NCBI GenBank assembly: GCA_965227515.1
Contig: CBDDFZ010000001.1
Location: 3,615,692-3,679,691, forward strand
Reading direction: 5' to 3'
DNA: 64,000 nt
Source: Alphaproteobacteria bacterium
Lineage (GTDB): Bacteria > Pseudomonadota > Alphaproteobacteria > CALKHQ01
Program-made: the position numbers and the translations under genes
Shown here: positions 1-8,381 of the stretch, one piece after another
How the letters are laid out: each line of letters opens with the position of its first letter
Numbering within the stretch: position 1 is the stretch's first letter
Notes under the pieces: model-generated
What the model saw: only the letters and a program-made list of their open reading frames with translations
What the model was told of the DNA's origin: nothing
The model's database searches: none

Positions 1-560
1 CGTTCTGCGCTTCGGCCCGCACCTCGCCGCACAATTGGGTGTTCCTGGAGGGCGTGAAGGCGGCACTGTGCGCGGACCAGGGCTGGAAGGGCGGCGACTA
101 CGCTTCGCCACCGGTCGCCGGGCTGAAGGCATTCGCGCGCGTCTATGCCGGCTGGGCCTATTCGCAGACCTTCTATCGCGAGGGGCTCTTCCGCCAGCTC
201 GGCTTCGCGACGCCGGAAGACCTGCTGGTCGACTGGGAGGACGACCACGCCACGAACTGGGATGCCAACGACCTGCTGGCCAAGCTCGCGACCTGGCAGG
301 CCGGCGATATCAGTGCCAATCCGCTTTATGGCGGCGATTTCGAAAAGGCCCTGGGGGCGATCACCGCGCGTGCGATCCTGATGCCGTCGACCACCGACCT
401 CTACTTCCCGCCTGATGACAATGCCATCGAGGCGCGGCACATGCCCAACGCCGAGTTCCGTCCGTACGCGTCCGACTGGGGCCATTGCGCCGCCAGCCCG
501 GGCAACGACCCCGGCTTCACCGCCGCCCTTGAGGCCAATTTGCGCGAGTTGTTGGGATAG
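1..560 (+). CDS. alpha/beta-fold hydrolase, MetX/homoserine O-acetyltransferase-like, C-terminal part (5' end outside window)
   Basis: Frame is open from the window edge (codon phase from nt 3) to TAG at 558-560. Segments DLYFPPDD and DWGHCA resemble the acid and His regions of MetX-type hydrolases. Codon third positions are GC-rich. Confidence 0.55.
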   Translation, partial: FCASARTSPHNWVFLEGVKAALCADQGWKGGDYASPPVAGLKAFARVYAGWAYSQTFYREGLFRQLGFATPEDLLVDWEDDHATNWDANDLLAKLATWQAGDISANPLYGGDFEKALGAITARAILMPSTTDLYFPPDDNAIEARHMPNAEFRPYASDWGHCAASPGNDPGFTAALEANLRELLG

Positions 561-597
561 GTCCCAAAATCGTCGCCCTCGTCGCCCCACCCCACTC

Positions 598-798
598 GTC
601 GTCCTCGCCCTTGTGGCGAGGACCCATGGCGGTGCCGGTCCCGATGCGCGAGTTGAAGGTCTCTACCGGCGTTGCCGGACGCGTGCAGCCCTCTGGAACC
701 GATCCCGCATGTCGCCCAGGAATGGGTCCTCGCCACAAGGGCGAGGACGACGAAGGAGTGGATTGCCGCGTCGCGCTAACGCGCTCCTCGCAATGACG
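598..798. repeat. REP-like hairpin elements in a convergent intergenic gap
   Basis: GTCGTCCTCGCCCTTGTGGCGAGGACCCAT (598-627) and its inverted copy (722-751) each form a CCTCGCC/GGCGAGG hairpin. GATTGCCGCGTCGCG..CGCTCCTCGCAATGACG (761-798) is the inverse of the element at 56520-56562. The hairpin family recurs at 56689-56715 and 56833-56862. Confidence 0.6.
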
Positions 799-813
799 GC
801 GGGAGAGGCCGCC

Positions 814-1848
814 CTACCCCGCGGGGCGCTTGATCGACTGGTCCACCAAGTCGCCGCGATGCTGCGCGATGGCCGCCATCAGCCGCAGCACCACGCACAC
901 CGCCAGCCGGCTGGTAACACCGCTGACATCGAATATCGGCGCCAGTTCCGACACCTCGATCACGCTCGGCCGGCCCCGCTTTCCGAGTGCTGAGGCGATG
1001 CGCATCATCTCGCGCGATTCCAGCCCGCCCGGCTCGGCCGACGTCACCCCCGGCGCCATTGACGCGTCCATGACGTTGAAGTTGAAACTGAGGTACTGCG
1101 CGTCCGTGCCATTCCAGGCCCGGTCCGCCGCCTCCGCCGCGCCGGCGTCGATGCCGTTGTCGATCAGCTCGAACATCGGATGGAAGCGGATGCCGCGCGC
1201 CTTGGCCAGGTCGACCCAGTCCTTCGGGTTCATCGAGTTGCGCGCGCCGATATGGCCGATATTCGCCGCCGCCAGGTTCGGCAGCTCGGAGATGCGGGCG
1301 AGCGCGCATGTGCTGACGTCGGCCTGACCGGCCCAGTTGTCGGCCAGGTCCAGATTGGCGCCGAAATGGAGGTAGCCCATTTTCTTGTCGGCACCCAGAT
1401 GATCCGACAGCGCCTTGGTCGCCGGGATCGAGATCGAGCGGTCGCCGCCGCAAACGATGGGCGTGATGCCGGCTTCCAGCACCTTCCGGACCGCGTCGTA
1501 AATGCGCTGCCGCGACAGGGTCGGGTTCACCTTCGGCATCGACACGTCGCCGCAGTCGACCGCCGCACCCTGCAGGTCGACCTGATATTCGAACCAGTAG
1601 GGGAAGTATTCCTGGGAGGCGATGCGGAACTCTCGCGGCCCCTCCTCCGAGCCCGGCTTGCCGACATTGCCCTCGTCGAACGGCACGCCGACGAACGCGT
1701 ACTCGACGCCGGCCTCCTTCAGCTTCTCGGTGTCCAGCGGCACGTGGTCGGCGCGCAGGAAGGTGAGTTGCGTCGGCGAGCGGTAGTTTTCGGCATCGTC
1801 GCCACCCAGCGGCGAGAAGATGTGGGCATAGGCCTTGGCGGGGTTCAT
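814..1848 (-). CDS. ureohydrolase (arginase/agmatinase) family protein with degenerate metal-binding motifs; probable non-catalytic partner subunit
   Basis: 344 aa, ATG with AAGGAA SD. Clear paralogue of the upstream gene (EYFPYWFEYQVDL vs QYFPYMFEYDVDL). It carries GGDRS, HFGANLD and SFNFNVMD in place of GGDHS, DxHxD and DxD. Confidence 0.8.
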   Translation of the reverse strand: MNPAKAYAHIFSPLGGDDAENYRSPTQLTFLRADHVPLDTEKLKEAGVEYAFVGVPFDEGNVGKPGSEEGPREFRIASQEYFPYWFEYQVDLQGAAVDCGDVSMPKVNPTLSRQRIYDAVRKVLEAGITPIVCGGDRSISIPATKALSDHLGADKKMGYLHFGANLDLADNWAGQADVSTCALARISELPNLAAANIGHIGARNSMNPKDWVDLAKARGIRFHPMFELIDNGIDAGAAEAADRAWNGTDAQYLSFNFNVMDASMAPGVTSAEPGGLESREMMRIASALGKRGRPSVIEVSELAPIFDVSGVTSRLAVCVVLRLMAAIAQHRGDLVDQSIKRPAG

Positions 1849-1865
1849 GACGTTTCCTTAGATAT

Positions 1866-2924
1866 TCAGGCCGTCTGGCCGGCGGCGCGCAGGGTGGCGG
1901 CCCGGCTGCCGAGATAGTGGTAGACCATGCAGGCGACGAGCTTGATGCTCATCTGGCTGACGTCGAACATCGGGCACAGCTCGGAGATTTCGAGCACATC
2001 GGCGCCATAGGTGCCGGCGATGCGGGCAAGCTGGATCGCCTCGCGCGGCTTGATGCCGAAGCACTCCGGCGCCGTCGTGCCGGGCATGCAGCTCGCGTCC
2101 AGAGAATCCGTGTCCCACGAGCAATAGACCGCGTCGGTACCGTTCCAGGCGATGTCGAAGATCTCGCGGGTGCAGACGTCGACCCCGCGCTCCGCCGCCT
2201 CCATCATCGGGATGATGCGGACCTGATTGTCGACGAAGAAGTCGTGCCAGTCCTTCGGGTTCAGCCCGTTGCGCGAGCCCATGTGGGCCATGTTGGCGCC
2301 GTCGCAGTTCGGCAGGTCGAACGCGCGCGCCGGGCCGGAGCAGTTGGTGTTGCGGATGCCGCCCCAGTCGGGCGCGGAGTCCAGGTGGCAGTCGATGTGC
2401 AGGTAGCCGATCTTGCCGTCGCGGTGGAAATCGGACAGCGCGTGGGCGGCTGGGATCGGCGCCGAGTGGTCGCCACCGCAGAATATCACCTTGGCACCGC
2501 CCTCCAGGCACTCGGTGATGTACTGGTGAATGTACTCGTGGCTGCGGTCGTTGTTGCCGGGCACGATCGGCACGTCGCCGCAGTCGACCGGCCGGAAGAA
2601 CGAGACCAGGTCGACATCGTACTCGAACATATAGGGGAAGTACTGGGTGGTCGCCTCACGCAGGCCGGCCGGCCCCTGCGAGGTGCCTGCGCGCACCATC
2701 TGGCCCTGATCCCACGGCACGCCCAGGAAGCAGATCTTCGCCCCCATCTCGCGGATCGCATGGCGGTCGGGCGGGCAATAGGGCGCGTTCATGAAGGTGG
2801 CGATGCCGGCCGACTTGAAGGTGCCGTTGTGCAGCTTGGGCGAGTTGATGTGATCGTCGGCGCCGCGCTGCTGCTGCGGCCCCTGGTGCTGGTGCGGCAC
2901 GAACTCCCAGGTGCCAGTGCTCAT
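1866..2924 (-). CDS. ureohydrolase (arginase/agmatinase/guanidine-hydrolase) family protein, catalytic-type subunit
   Basis: 352 aa. All three arginase-fold metal motifs are intact: CGGDHS, HIDCHLD, SWDTDSLD. The start lies 7 nt after the hypA stop. Confidence 0.85.
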   Translation of the reverse strand: MSTGTWEFVPHQHQGPQQQRGADDHINSPKLHNGTFKSAGIATFMNAPYCPPDRHAIREMGAKICFLGVPWDQGQMVRAGTSQGPAGLREATTQYFPYMFEYDVDLVSFFRPVDCGDVPIVPGNNDRSHEYIHQYITECLEGGAKVIFCGGDHSAPIPAAHALSDFHRDGKIGYLHIDCHLDSAPDWGGIRNTNCSGPARAFDLPNCDGANMAHMGSRNGLNPKDWHDFFVDNQVRIIPMMEAAERGVDVCTREIFDIAWNGTDAVYCSWDTDSLDASCMPGTTAPECFGIKPREAIQLARIAGTYGADVLEISELCPMFDVSQMSIKLVACMVYHYLGSRAATLRAAGQTA

Positions 2925-2931
2925 GACGTGC

Positions 2932-3327
2932 TCATGGGCGGTGTTCCTCGAACGCGGGTTGGATGGGTCGGGCCGGCGATGCCGGCGCGCCGAACTCGAT
3001 GCCGGTGACCTGCATCTCGCGGCCGGTCACCACCTCGTTCGCCGGCATGCCGCAGGTGCCGCAGCGGAAGGTGTAGCGCGCGGTCGGCCGGCGGGCGGCG
3101 TTGCATGTGCGGCACTGCACGGTCAGTGGCACTTCCTCGATCTCCAGGGCGGCGCCGTCGCACACCGTGCCGCGTGCCGCACGATCGAAGCAGAACAGGA
3201 GCGCGCGCCGGAAGCCCGACAGCTCGCCGAGCCGGATACGGATGGCGGCGACGTGCGTCTCGCCCTGGCTGGCGGCGTGTGCGGCCACCATCTCGATCAA
3301 ATTGCGGGCAATGGTCAGCTCATGCAT
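2932..3327 (-). CDS. hypA: HypA-type nickel metallochaperone
   Basis: N-terminal MHE(L) Ni-binding motif and two CxxC pairs (CRTC ... CGTC). The start overlaps the hypB stop by 8 nt. The longer ORF-track start (3429) would overlap hypB and is rejected. Confidence 0.85.
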   Translation of the reverse strand: MHELTIARNLIEMVAAHAASQGETHVAAIRIRLGELSGFRRALLFCFDRAARGTVCDGAALEIEEVPLTVQCRTCNAARRPTARYTFRCGTCGMPANEVVTGREMQVTGIEFGAPASPARPIQPAFEEHRP

Positions 3328-4135
3328 GGGCGTGATGCGGTGTTGGCGACGCTTGGACCGCATCGCGGGTGCGGGCGAGCCAGTCGACCCAGCCCGCCAT
3401 GCCCTCGCCGGTCCGCGCCGAGAGCTCAAGCACCTCGATGTCGGGGTTCAATGCGCGGGCATGCGCGATGCAGCGCGCCACATCGAAATCGACATGGGGC
3501 AGCAGGTCGATCTTGTTCAGCACCATCAGGTCGGCGGCCATGAACATATCGGGGTACTTGGCCGGCTTGTCGTCGCCCTCGGTCACCGACAGCACGGCGA
3601 CCTTGGCGTGCTCGCCGAGGTCGAAGGTGGCGGGGCAGACCAGGTTGCCGACATTCTCGATGAACAGCACGTCGCCGGCGCCCAAGGTCAGCCCGTCCAT
3701 GGCATGGCCGATCATGTGCGCGTCCAGATGGCAGACCCGGCCAGTGTTGATCTGCACCGCCGGCACGCCGGCCGCCCGGATGCGTGCGGCGTCGTTCTCG
3801 GTCGCCTGGTCGCCCTCGATGACGGCCATCGACATGCGCCCGTCAAGCGCCGCGGCCGTGGCGGTGAGCAGGCTGGTCTTGCCGGCGCCGGGCGACGACA
3901 CGAGGTTGAGGGCGAGCACGCCCAACCCGGCAAACCGTACGCGGTTGGCTTCGGCGTAACCGTCGTTCTTGGCCAGGATGTCGAGCTCGACCGCATGCCA
4001 GTCGCGCTGGCCGTGATTGTGCTGGTGGCCGTGCGCGTGGTCGTGGTCTTGCGCGTGGCTGTGATGATGGTGGCGATGGCCATCCTTGCCACCGATGGTG
4101 ACCTCGCCCTCGCCGCAACCGCATACGCCACACAT
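3320..4135 (-). CDS. hypB: HypB-type Ni-binding GTPase (G3E family)
   Basis: Starts [10 protein letters not shown] (compare E. coli HypB MCTTCGCGEG), followed by the His-rich tract [23 protein letters not shown]-loop GSPGAGKTS, then [14 protein letters not shown] and NKIDL. The ORF-track extension to 4519 overlaps the upstream gene. Confidence 0.9.
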   Translation of the reverse strand: MCGVCGCGEGEVTIGGKDGHRHHHHSHAQDHDHAHGHQHNHGQRDWHAVELDILAKNDGYAEANRVRFAGLGVLALNLVSSPGAGKTSLLTATAAALDGRMSMAVIEGDQATENDAARIRAAGVPAVQINTGRVCHLDAHMIGHAMDGLTLGAGDVLFIENVGNLVCPATFDLGEHAKVAVLSVTEGDDKPAKYPDMFMAADLMVLNKIDLLPHVDFDVARCIAHARALNPDIEVLELSARTGEGMAGWVDWLARTRDAVQASPTPHHAHA

Positions 4136-4146
4136 GATCGGGAATC

Positions 4147-5061
4147 CTATTCGGCCGCCTTCGCCTGCCACGACGACAGTTCCGGGATCGTGCCCTCGTA
4201 GTATGGCAGTTCGTCCACCCGCGGCGTCCACGATCCGTCGTCGATGCAGGCCTGCACGTGGGTCGCGATCTCTTCCATGGTCGCGAACCACACGCCGCCC
4301 TTGTTCTGCATCTCCTCGATCATCTTGGCGACCCGCTCGCAGCGCGCCAGCCGGCCGGAGACGAACGGATGCCACACCGTGACCCACAGGCCGTTGTGGC
4401 GGTACATCGCGTCGAACTCGGACATGAAGACGTTCATCGCCTCGTCGGGCGACTTGATCGGCATCATGTAGTGCATGTCGGGCGCGTGGGTGTAGTGCGG
4501 CCAGTCGTCCATCGCCCACTGGCTGGGCAGCTCGATCACCTGGCCCTTCTTGGTCTTCAGGATGTAAGGCACGTCGTCGCCCATCAGGCTGGCGTCATAG
4601 ATCATGCCCTGGTCGATCATGTAGTCGAGCGAGTATTTGGAGAAGTTGTAGAGCGGCGCGCGCCAGCCGCGCGGCTTCTTGCCGGTCATCTTGCGGATCG
4701 TTTCGATCTGGCGCTCGAACCAGTAGAGCTCCTCCTCGGCGCTGAGCTGGTTCGGGTTCTCGTGCAGATAGCCGTGGGCGGCGATCTCGTGCCCGCCCTC
4801 CAGGATGATGTCGACCAGGTGCGGATAGCGCTCCATGCACCACGCCGGATAGAAGAACGTCTGCTTGATGTCGTAGCGCTTGTACATCTCCACGATGCGC
4901 GGGATCGCGACCTCGTCGTACTTCAGCCACGACATGGTCGACAGCATGGTCGGCGCGCGGTCGCCGTGCTCCAGGTGCAGGATGCTGTCGGTGTCGATGT
5001 CGAAGGTGATGGCGCAGGCCACGCGGGCGCCGTTCGGCCAGGGCACGGGATTGCTGATCAT
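4147..5061 (-). CDS. polysaccharide deacetylase (NodB-fold, CE4/PuuE-like) family hydrolase
   Basis: 304 aa with TFDIDTD and [15 protein letters not shown] motifs. Paralogue of 52637-53515. GAGGGGA SD. Confidence 0.8.
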   Translation of the reverse strand: MISNPVPWPNGARVACAITFDIDTDSILHLEHGDRAPTMLSTMSWLKYDEVAIPRIVEMYKRYDIKQTFFYPAWCMERYPHLVDIILEGGHEIAAHGYLHENPNQLSAEEELYWFERQIETIRKMTGKKPRGWRAPLYNFSKYSLDYMIDQGMIYDASLMGDDVPYILKTKKGQVIELPSQWAMDDWPHYTHAPDMHYMMPIKSPDEAMNVFMSEFDAMYRHNGLWVTVWHPFVSGRLARCERVAKMIEEMQNKGGVWFATMEEIATHVQACIDDGSWTPRVDELPYYEGTIPELSSWQAKAAE

Positions 5062-5094
5062 GGTCGTGGTCCCCTCATCCGCTATGAGAACGGT

Positions 5095-6369
5095 TCACTT
5101 TATGGCAATGCCGTCGGCCTGCACCAGCAGGCCTTCGCGCGGCAGGCCGTAGACACGCACCGGCGTCATCGCCGGCCGGGCATTCGGCGCCACCTGGCGC
5201 CACACATCGCACACGGCGTAGAAGGCGTCGGCCACGTCGGGCGCGCCCTCCTCACCGACCAGGAACAGGTTGAGCTTGACCAGGTCGTCCAGCGACGCGC
5301 CGCCCTCGGCCAGCACCCGCGCCACCCGGTCGAACACGATGCGCGCCTGTCCGGCAACGTCGCCCGGCGCCAGCACATCGCCGCCGCCGCTGAGCGCAAC
5401 CTGCCCGCCGACATAGATCTCCTCGCCCGCCGCAAGCCCGTCCGACGCGAAGGCCGGCTGGTAGCGCCCGCCCAGGTCCGCGGCGGACAGCACGTGGCGC
5501 GCCGGGTCGATCACCGCCATGGCGTCGATCTCCAGCACCAGGCCGGGATAGAGCAGGTCGACCCCGAAGGCGGAGAACACCGGCCCCGGTGCTTTGAAAA
5601 CCTCGCCCGACACGTCCAGGATCGATGGCAGATAGCCGGTCGCCGGATCGCCGCCCTGCGATTGCTTGAAGCAGATCTTCACCCGCACGACGTCGTCCAG
5701 CGTGCCGCCGGCATCGACGACCACCTGCTCGATGAAGCGATAGATATTGCGGGTCTGGGTCACCACGTCGTCGACCGCCACCGACCGGCCCTTCTCGTCG
5801 GCCGAGATCTGGCCGCCGACGAAGATCTGGTTGCCGGTGCGCCACCCCTGGGAAAGCGGCACCGCGATGCTCCAGTCCCAGCTTCCGTCGGGCATGATGC
5901 GCTGGCGGGTGCGCCGTGCCCCGCCGCGCAGCGCTACCCCTTCGATCTGGATCAACTGGCCGGCATAGGGCATGCCCTTGATCCGCACCGCGGTCGCCGC
6001 CGGGCCGGGATCGGGGAAGTACTCCAGACGGACGGCGGTCATGTCCTCCCAGTACTTGGTGGCGTCGGCATCGTCGCCCTCGAAGACGTAGTAGGTGTTC
6101 AGGCGCGCCAGATCGGCCATCTCCAGGCCCGACTGCGCCAGGGTCGCCTTCATGTTCTCGAACACATTGCGGGTCTGGGCGGCGATGTCGCCGGCATCTT
6201 TCACCGAACCGTCGGCATTCAGGGTCTGCTGCCCGCTGACGAAGACCTGGTCGCCGATCTCCACCGACTGCGCGAACGGCACGGGCCGCGCCCAAGCCCA
6301 AACGCCGCCATTGTCGGCGTTGGCGGTTCGCGGCGTCGCATCGCCGGGGTGCGGGACAGGCTGGCTCAT
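5095..6369 (-). CDS. fusion protein with three tandem YjgF/RidA (endoribonuclease L-PSP) domains
   Basis: 424 aa. Three successive ~125-aa units each carry the (V/I)(F/Y)V(S/G)GQ .. Q(T/A)R(N/I)(V/I)(F/Y) .. domain pattern. Confidence 0.8.
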   Translation of the reverse strand: MSQPVPHPGDATPRTANADNGGVWAWARPVPFAQSVEIGDQVFVSGQQTLNADGSVKDAGDIAAQTRNVFENMKATLAQSGLEMADLARLNTYYVFEGDDADATKYWEDMTAVRLEYFPDPGPAATAVRIKGMPYAGQLIQIEGVALRGGARRTRQRIMPDGSWDWSIAVPLSQGWRTGNQIFVGGQISADEKGRSVAVDDVVTQTRNIYRFIEQVVVDAGGTLDDVVRVKICFKQSQGGDPATGYLPSILDVSGEVFKAPGPVFSAFGVDLLYPGLVLEIDAMAVIDPARHVLSAADLGGRYQPAFASDGLAAGEEIYVGGQVALSGGGDVLAPGDVAGQARIVFDRVARVLAEGGASLDDLVKLNLFLVGEEGAPDVADAFYAVCDVWRQVAPNARPAMTPVRVYGLPREGLLVQADGIAIK

Positions 6370-6418
6370 TGTGTCGGGTCCGATTCAGGCACGTCAGATC
6401 AAGCGGATATGGGCAGGG

Positions 6419-7405
6419 TCAGCCGGCAACGGCCAGGCCGCGGTGATACTGCTCCAGGGCAGCGATCGCCTCCTCGGCCGCGCCGTCGCTTTCCGGCAGA
6501 GCACCGCAGTAGGTCTGGATGGCCTTCGCGGCCAGCGGCTTCCATTTCTCGATCCAGTCGCGCATCGCGGCACGGCTCGCCTCGTTGCCGGCGGCGAACT
6601 CCACCAGTGCCGCGCTCCACCGGCGCGACCGCTCGGCATCGCGCAACTGGTTGTCGGCCAGCATCGCCAGCAGCGGGTCGCGGAAGCGCCGCGCCGTCTT
6701 GCCGAGCTGGCGCAGGCATTCGTCGGCGGCCGGCTTGGCGACCACGTTCAGCGCAATGAAGTTTTCGCCCCAGTCGTAGGTGGCCAGCGTGCGCTCGATC
6801 AGTTCGCGCAGGCCCTGCCACGCCGGGTGCTCTTCCCAGTGCCGGCGCTCGTCCTTGCCGAAGCCGCGGTCGGGATGCGCGATCCGAAGCTCGCGGGTGC
6901 GATAGGCCATGCGCGACAGCCAGCGGAACTCGTCGCCCTCCTGGAACCCGGCGGCCGCCGTGATGGTGCTGGCGGGCGCAATCTGCAGGATGTAGGCGGC
7001 GCCCATCTGCAACGCCATCTGCAGGTAGCGGCGCGGCGTGTAGAGGGATTCCAGCACGCCCAGCCAGTCGTCGGCCAACTCGCTGTCGTAGCCCTGCTCG
7101 TTGTGCTCGTCGAGCAGGCCGTCGATGTATTCCTCCTGGCCGTCCTGGGTGCGGGTATAGACACGGTAGACTAGCTCGTCCGGGTCGCGGAACCCCTCCC
7201 AGTCGTCATGCTGCAGCGGGCTCTCGGCGACGTTCTTCTGGTACCAGGTATTCATATCCAGCAACGGCGCCGGCGACAGCTCATAGGCCTGGTCGGGGTA
7301 GCGGTTGCGGGTCTGCAGGTTGGTGGTGACGATCTCGTACTCGCTGGGACGGCGGCGGTTCTTCGCCAGCCCGCTCCAGGTCTTCATGCCGGTCAGTTCA
7401 ACCAT
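6419..7405 (-). CDS. soluble diiron monooxygenase hydroxylase beta subunit (TmoE/TouE-like)
   Basis: 328 aa. Family resemblance to aromatic/alkene monooxygenase beta subunits, and it occupies the position after the effector as in tmoABCDE. Confidence 0.8.
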   Translation of the reverse strand: MVELTGMKTWSGLAKNRRRPSEYEIVTTNLQTRNRYPDQAYELSPAPLLDMNTWYQKNVAESPLQHDDWEGFRDPDELVYRVYTRTQDGQEEYIDGLLDEHNEQGYDSELADDWLGVLESLYTPRRYLQMALQMGAAYILQIAPASTITAAAGFQEGDEFRWLSRMAYRTRELRIAHPDRGFGKDERRHWEEHPAWQGLRELIERTLATYDWGENFIALNVVAKPAADECLRQLGKTARRFRDPLLAMLADNQLRDAERSRRWSAALVEFAAGNEASRAAMRDWIEKWKPLAAKAIQTYCGALPESDGAAEEAIAALEQYHRGLAVAG

Positions 7406-7435
7406 TTCCCCACCCTTCCCGCTTGCGTCCGAAAC

Positions 7436-7735
7436 CTACTTCGCCAAGAAGCGCATCGCTTCGTTGTCGACGCGGATGAACCCCTCGAACGAGGGCATGA
7501 ACACTTCGATGTCGCCACGCGTCACCGCACGGCCCAGCATGTCGCCGACCGTGTCGAAGCGCACCACGCACTCGCCGCGCACCTTGATACGCAGGTAGGA
7601 GGCGTGCTCCTCCACCTGGATCTCGCGGCCCTGGTTGTCTTCCTCGATCGCCTCGACCACGGCGTCGGCCATGTCGCCGGTGCGCATCACCGGGCCGACG
7701 AAGCGGTCCTCCTCAGCTCCAGTTCCGTCTGGCAT
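7436..7735 (-). CDS. monooxygenase effector/coupling protein (MmoB/DmpM family, TmoD-like)
   Basis: 99 aa from the ATG at 7735, which is preceded by a GAGAGGAGGGGG SD. VGPVMRTGD...EITVEE-like pattern (REIQVEEHASYLRIKV) as in TmoD. Confidence 0.8.
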   Translation of the reverse strand: MPDGTGAEEDRFVGPVMRTGDMADAVVEAIEEDNQGREIQVEEHASYLRIKVRGECVVRFDTVGDMLGRAVTRGDIEVFMPSFEGFIRVDNEAMRFLAK

Positions 7736-7774
7736 CGCCCCCTCCTCTCGCGGCCCGGCCGCCAACCGCCGCGT

Positions 7775-8098
7775 TCAGCCCACGCCGGCCGGTGTCAGCA
7801 CCACCTTGACCTCGCCGTCCTCGACCTTGACCGGATAGCTGGTCAGCGCCACGCCGGTCGGGTTCACGCCCTTGCCGGTCAGCACGTCGAACTCCCACAT
7901 ATGCGCCAGGCACGTCAGCACGCAGCCGTCCAAATCGCCCTCGGCCAGCGACTGGTCCTGGTGCGGGCAGCGCGGATGGAACGCGCGCACCTCACCGCCC
8001 GGCGCGTGCACGATCAGCACGTCGGTGCCGGCGACCGTGAACAGCTCCATCTCGCCTTCCCAGATATCGTCCAGGCTGCAAACGGTCTGGTATTCCAT
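7775..8098 (-). CDS. Rieske [2Fe-2S] ferredoxin (TmoC-like)
   Basis: MEYQTVCSLDDIWEGEM aligns with the TmoC N-terminus. Cluster ligands CPH ... CLAH are present. The ORF-track start at 8113 is a TTG, so the ATG at 8098 is preferred. Confidence 0.85.
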   Translation of the reverse strand: MEYQTVCSLDDIWEGEMELFTVAGTDVLIVHAPGGEVRAFHPRCPHQDQSLAEGDLDGCVLTCLAHMWEFDVLTGKGVNPTGVALTSYPVKVEDGEVKVVLTPAGVG

Positions 8099-8109
8099 GC
8101 CGGTCCCGC

Positions 8110-8370
8110 TCAAGCTTCCGGATAGATTTCGATGGCTTCCATCTCGGCCAGCCCGGCGCCGGACACGGTAGCATCGTCGGCCAGCGGCGCGTCGGCGCCC
8201 TGCACCTTCACTTTCAGCCTGGTGCCATCCGGGAACGGCGCCACCAGCACGCTGGCCACCTGATCCAGCGCCTTCTCAACCACGGTCGTCATGGGGTCGC
8301 CATCGTCGACCACCAGCACCTTGTAGCCGTAGTCGCCGTGCAGGTAGCAGGCGAGCGGGAAGTCTGCCAT
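8110..8370 (-). CDS. TmoB-like small subunit of the diiron monooxygenase hydroxylase
   Basis: 86 aa, MADFPLACYL..YKVLVVDDGDPM..VEK pattern like TmoB. Position between alpha and ferredoxin. The long ORF-track version (to 8685) overlaps the alpha gene. Confidence 0.7.
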   Translation of the reverse strand: MADFPLACYLHGDYGYKVLVVDDGDPMTTVVEKALDQVASVLVAPFPDGTRLKVKVQGADAPLADDATVSGAGLAEMEAIEIYPEA

Positions 8371-8381
8371 GACGCCGTCCG

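Noticed and set aside
2932-4135. HypAB as evidence for a hydrogenase maturation locus
   Set aside because: No hydrogenase large or small subunit, hypCDEF or protease genes occur anywhere in the window. The context is hydrolases.
3320-4519. Long (399-aa) version of the HypB ORF; the same issue applies to the long versions at 8110-8685, 8382-10010, 12354-14000, 19046-20569, 26323-27840, 48071-49354 and 60113-61339
   Set aside because: The N-terminal extensions overlap the upstream genes and are Arg/Gly/Asp-rich junk. Internal starts give canonical N-termini (for example [10 protein letters not shown]) with SD sequences and short gaps or overlaps. Some ORF-track 'M' starts are actually GTG or TTG.
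4258-6759. 833-aa ORF on the plus strand
   Set aside because: It lies antisense to three well-supported minus-strand genes (deacetylase, 3xRid, beta subunit). Its Arg/Ala/Gly/His-rich low-complexity translation is typical of shadow ORFs in high-GC DNA, and no family resemblance was seen.
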